A stretch of DNA of 64,000 bases from Niabella sp. (GTDB taxonomy: Bacteria; Bacteroidota; Bacteroidia; Chitinophagales; Chitinophagaceae), in assembly GCA_049841335.1 (NCBI GenBank), contig JASGDI010000051.1, forward strand, positions 11,201 through 75,200, written 5' to 3'. This document shows positions 63,056 through 64,000 of the stretch, piece by piece (the stretch's first letter is position 1; each line of letters starts with the position of its first letter). Made by a program: the position numbers and the translations under genes. The notes under the pieces are model-generated. The model saw only the letters and a program-made list of their open reading frames with translations, was not told the DNA's origin and searched no databases.

Positions 63056-63127
63056 GTGCGCTAAGATAGGAAGATGTAAAATCAGAAGCATCTTTTTATA
63101 TTTAACATCTTATTGAAAGAGTATTGC

Positions 63128-63135
63128 TATTTTTG
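63128..63135 (+). promoter_or_regulatory. -7 box TAttTTTG for the PAP2 gene
   Basis: tatttttg ends 6 nt before the ATG at 63142. Confidence 0.45.
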
Positions 63136-63141
63136 CAATTT

Positions 63142-63756
63142 ATGGATATACCTGGCTATATTCCCTTACCGGATTGGTTTGTTCATGCTGACCGATGGCT
63201 TTTTGAATTGATCAATATTAAAATGGCCCATCCGTTTTTAGACGACCTGATGCCACTCCTGCGCAATGCTTTTATATGGGGCCCTTTGTATCTTTTTATA
63301 GTAGCATTTGCCATAATTAATTTCAAAAAAAGCGGGTGGTGGTGGTTTGCGCTGGCATTAGCTACTGTAGCCTGTACGGATATTGTAGGCGCACGTATTT
63401 TTAAAGAAGGATTTGAAAGATTACGTCCCTGCTCCGATCCTGAAATGATCGGGCATGTACGCATGGTATTGGGCAGGTGCAGTGGCGGTTTCAGCTTTGT
63501 TTCCAACCATGCCATCAATCACTTTGGTGTGGCAGCTTTTTTCTTTATTACATTCCGGAGCTTTTTTAAATATGCCTGGATATTATTTGCCTGGGCTGGT
63601 ATTATTGGTTTAGCACAGGTATATGTAGGAGTGCACTATCCTTTTGACGTAGTTGCCGGCACATTGCTCGGTATCCTTATAGGCTCTTTAACGGGAAGTC
63701 TATTCAACAGCAAATTCGGGTTTCCTATCTTCGATAAGCAATCAATACTATATTAA
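63142..63756 (+). CDS. PAP2-family membrane phosphatase
   Basis: I prefer the ATG at 63142. The motifs are KEGFERLRP (KxxxxxxRP), SFVSNH (PSGH-like) and VGVHYPFDV (SRxxxxxHxxxD-like). Confidence 0.8.
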   Translation: MDIPGYIPLPDWFVHADRWLFELINIKMAHPFLDDLMPLLRNAFIWGPLYLFIVAFAIINFKKSGWWWFALALATVACTDIVGARIFKEGFERLRPCSDPEMIGHVRMVLGRCSGGFSFVSNHAINHFGVAAFFFITFRSFFKYAWILFAWAGIIGLAQVYVGVHYPFDVVAGTLLGILIGSLTGSLFNSKFGFPIFDKQSILY

Positions 63757-64000
63757 TGGAACTACTAATTATAGCCTTACTTATTTTACTTAACGGGGTA
63801 TTTTCAATGGCGGAAATAGCCCTTGTATCGGCCCGAAAAGCAAGGTTAGAGGCCCAGGCAAACAAAGGGGATAAAAAGGCCAGGGAGGCTTTAAAGCTTG
63901 CCAATCATCCTGATCATTTCCTGTCTACTGTACAAATCGGCATCACACTGATCGGTATTCTAACCGGTCTTTATTCAGGGGATAACATTACTGACGACAT
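63756..64000 (+). CDS. Hemolysin/CNNM-family protein (DUF21 TM domain), N-terminal fragment
   Basis: The ATG overlaps the PAP2 stop (TAATG). My translation is MELLIIALLILLNGVFSMAEIALVSARKARLEAQANKGDKKAREALKLANHPDHFLSTVQIGITLIGILTG... The gene runs off the right edge. Confidence 0.8.
   Translation, partial: MELLIIALLILLNGVFSMAEIALVSARKARLEAQANKGDKKAREALKLANHPDHFLSTVQIGITLIGILTGLYSGDNITDD

Noticed and set aside
1-64000. Search for mobile elements, prophage genes, CRISPR arrays, restriction-modification or other defence islands
   Set aside because: I could read no transposase, integrase, recombinase, Cas, nuclease-helicase or phage structural motifs in any long ORF. The only foreign-looking trace is the decayed Doc remnant at 42861-43196.

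Overview
This window reads as a core-chromosome stretch of a Bacteroidota genome, probably Chitinophagia or Sphingobacteriia-like. The evidence is the gldKLMN type IX secretion/gliding core, many TAnnTTTG '-7' promoter boxes, start codons without Shine-Dalgarno sites, and Bacteroidota-type ClpP and GlmM N-termini. GC looks low-to-mid 40s by eye (not computed). I saw no rRNA, CRISPR array, transposase, integrase, phage block or recognisable defence system.

Content, left to right:
- A cobalamin-riboswitch-controlled TonB-dependent receptor (partial).
- A LytS/LytTR two-component pair followed by four poorly characterised secreted or cupin genes.
- A sulfur block: split YeeE/YedE, TauE, an APC permease and a Cys/Met PLP enzyme.
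- gldK-L-M-N plus a small outer-membrane barrel.
- Envelope genes: a phosphoesterase, a flippase and glmM.
- metG, a 1303-aa AsmA-like protein, a GNAT, and a cysteine desulfurase.
- B12-dependent class II RNR (nrdJ), a GH18 enzyme, and a GMC oxidoreductase pair.
- clpS-aat, an esterase, and a second cobalamin riboswitch with metE.
- A methyltransferase, a decayed Phd/Doc toxin-antitoxin remnant, pabB, a hyper-acidic small protein, purA and relA/spoT.
- tRNA-Leu(UAG), then tig-clpP-clpP'-clpX.
- An orphan peptide-binding lipoprotein divergent from an M1 peptidase.
- rpsF-rpsR-rplI, an RRM protein, two tandem LD-carboxypeptidases, PAP2, and a CNNM/hemolysin gene (partial).

The least-explained signal is non-coding. 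Several intergenic spacers, including ones inside gldKLMN, rpsF-rpsR-rplI and the GMC pair, carry short 'word-stutter' elements that share 10-17-nt strings between distant loci. There is also an orphan promoter-plus-terminator unit with no ORF, which is a candidate sRNA. All calls come from reading the sequence and ORF translations. No searches were run.
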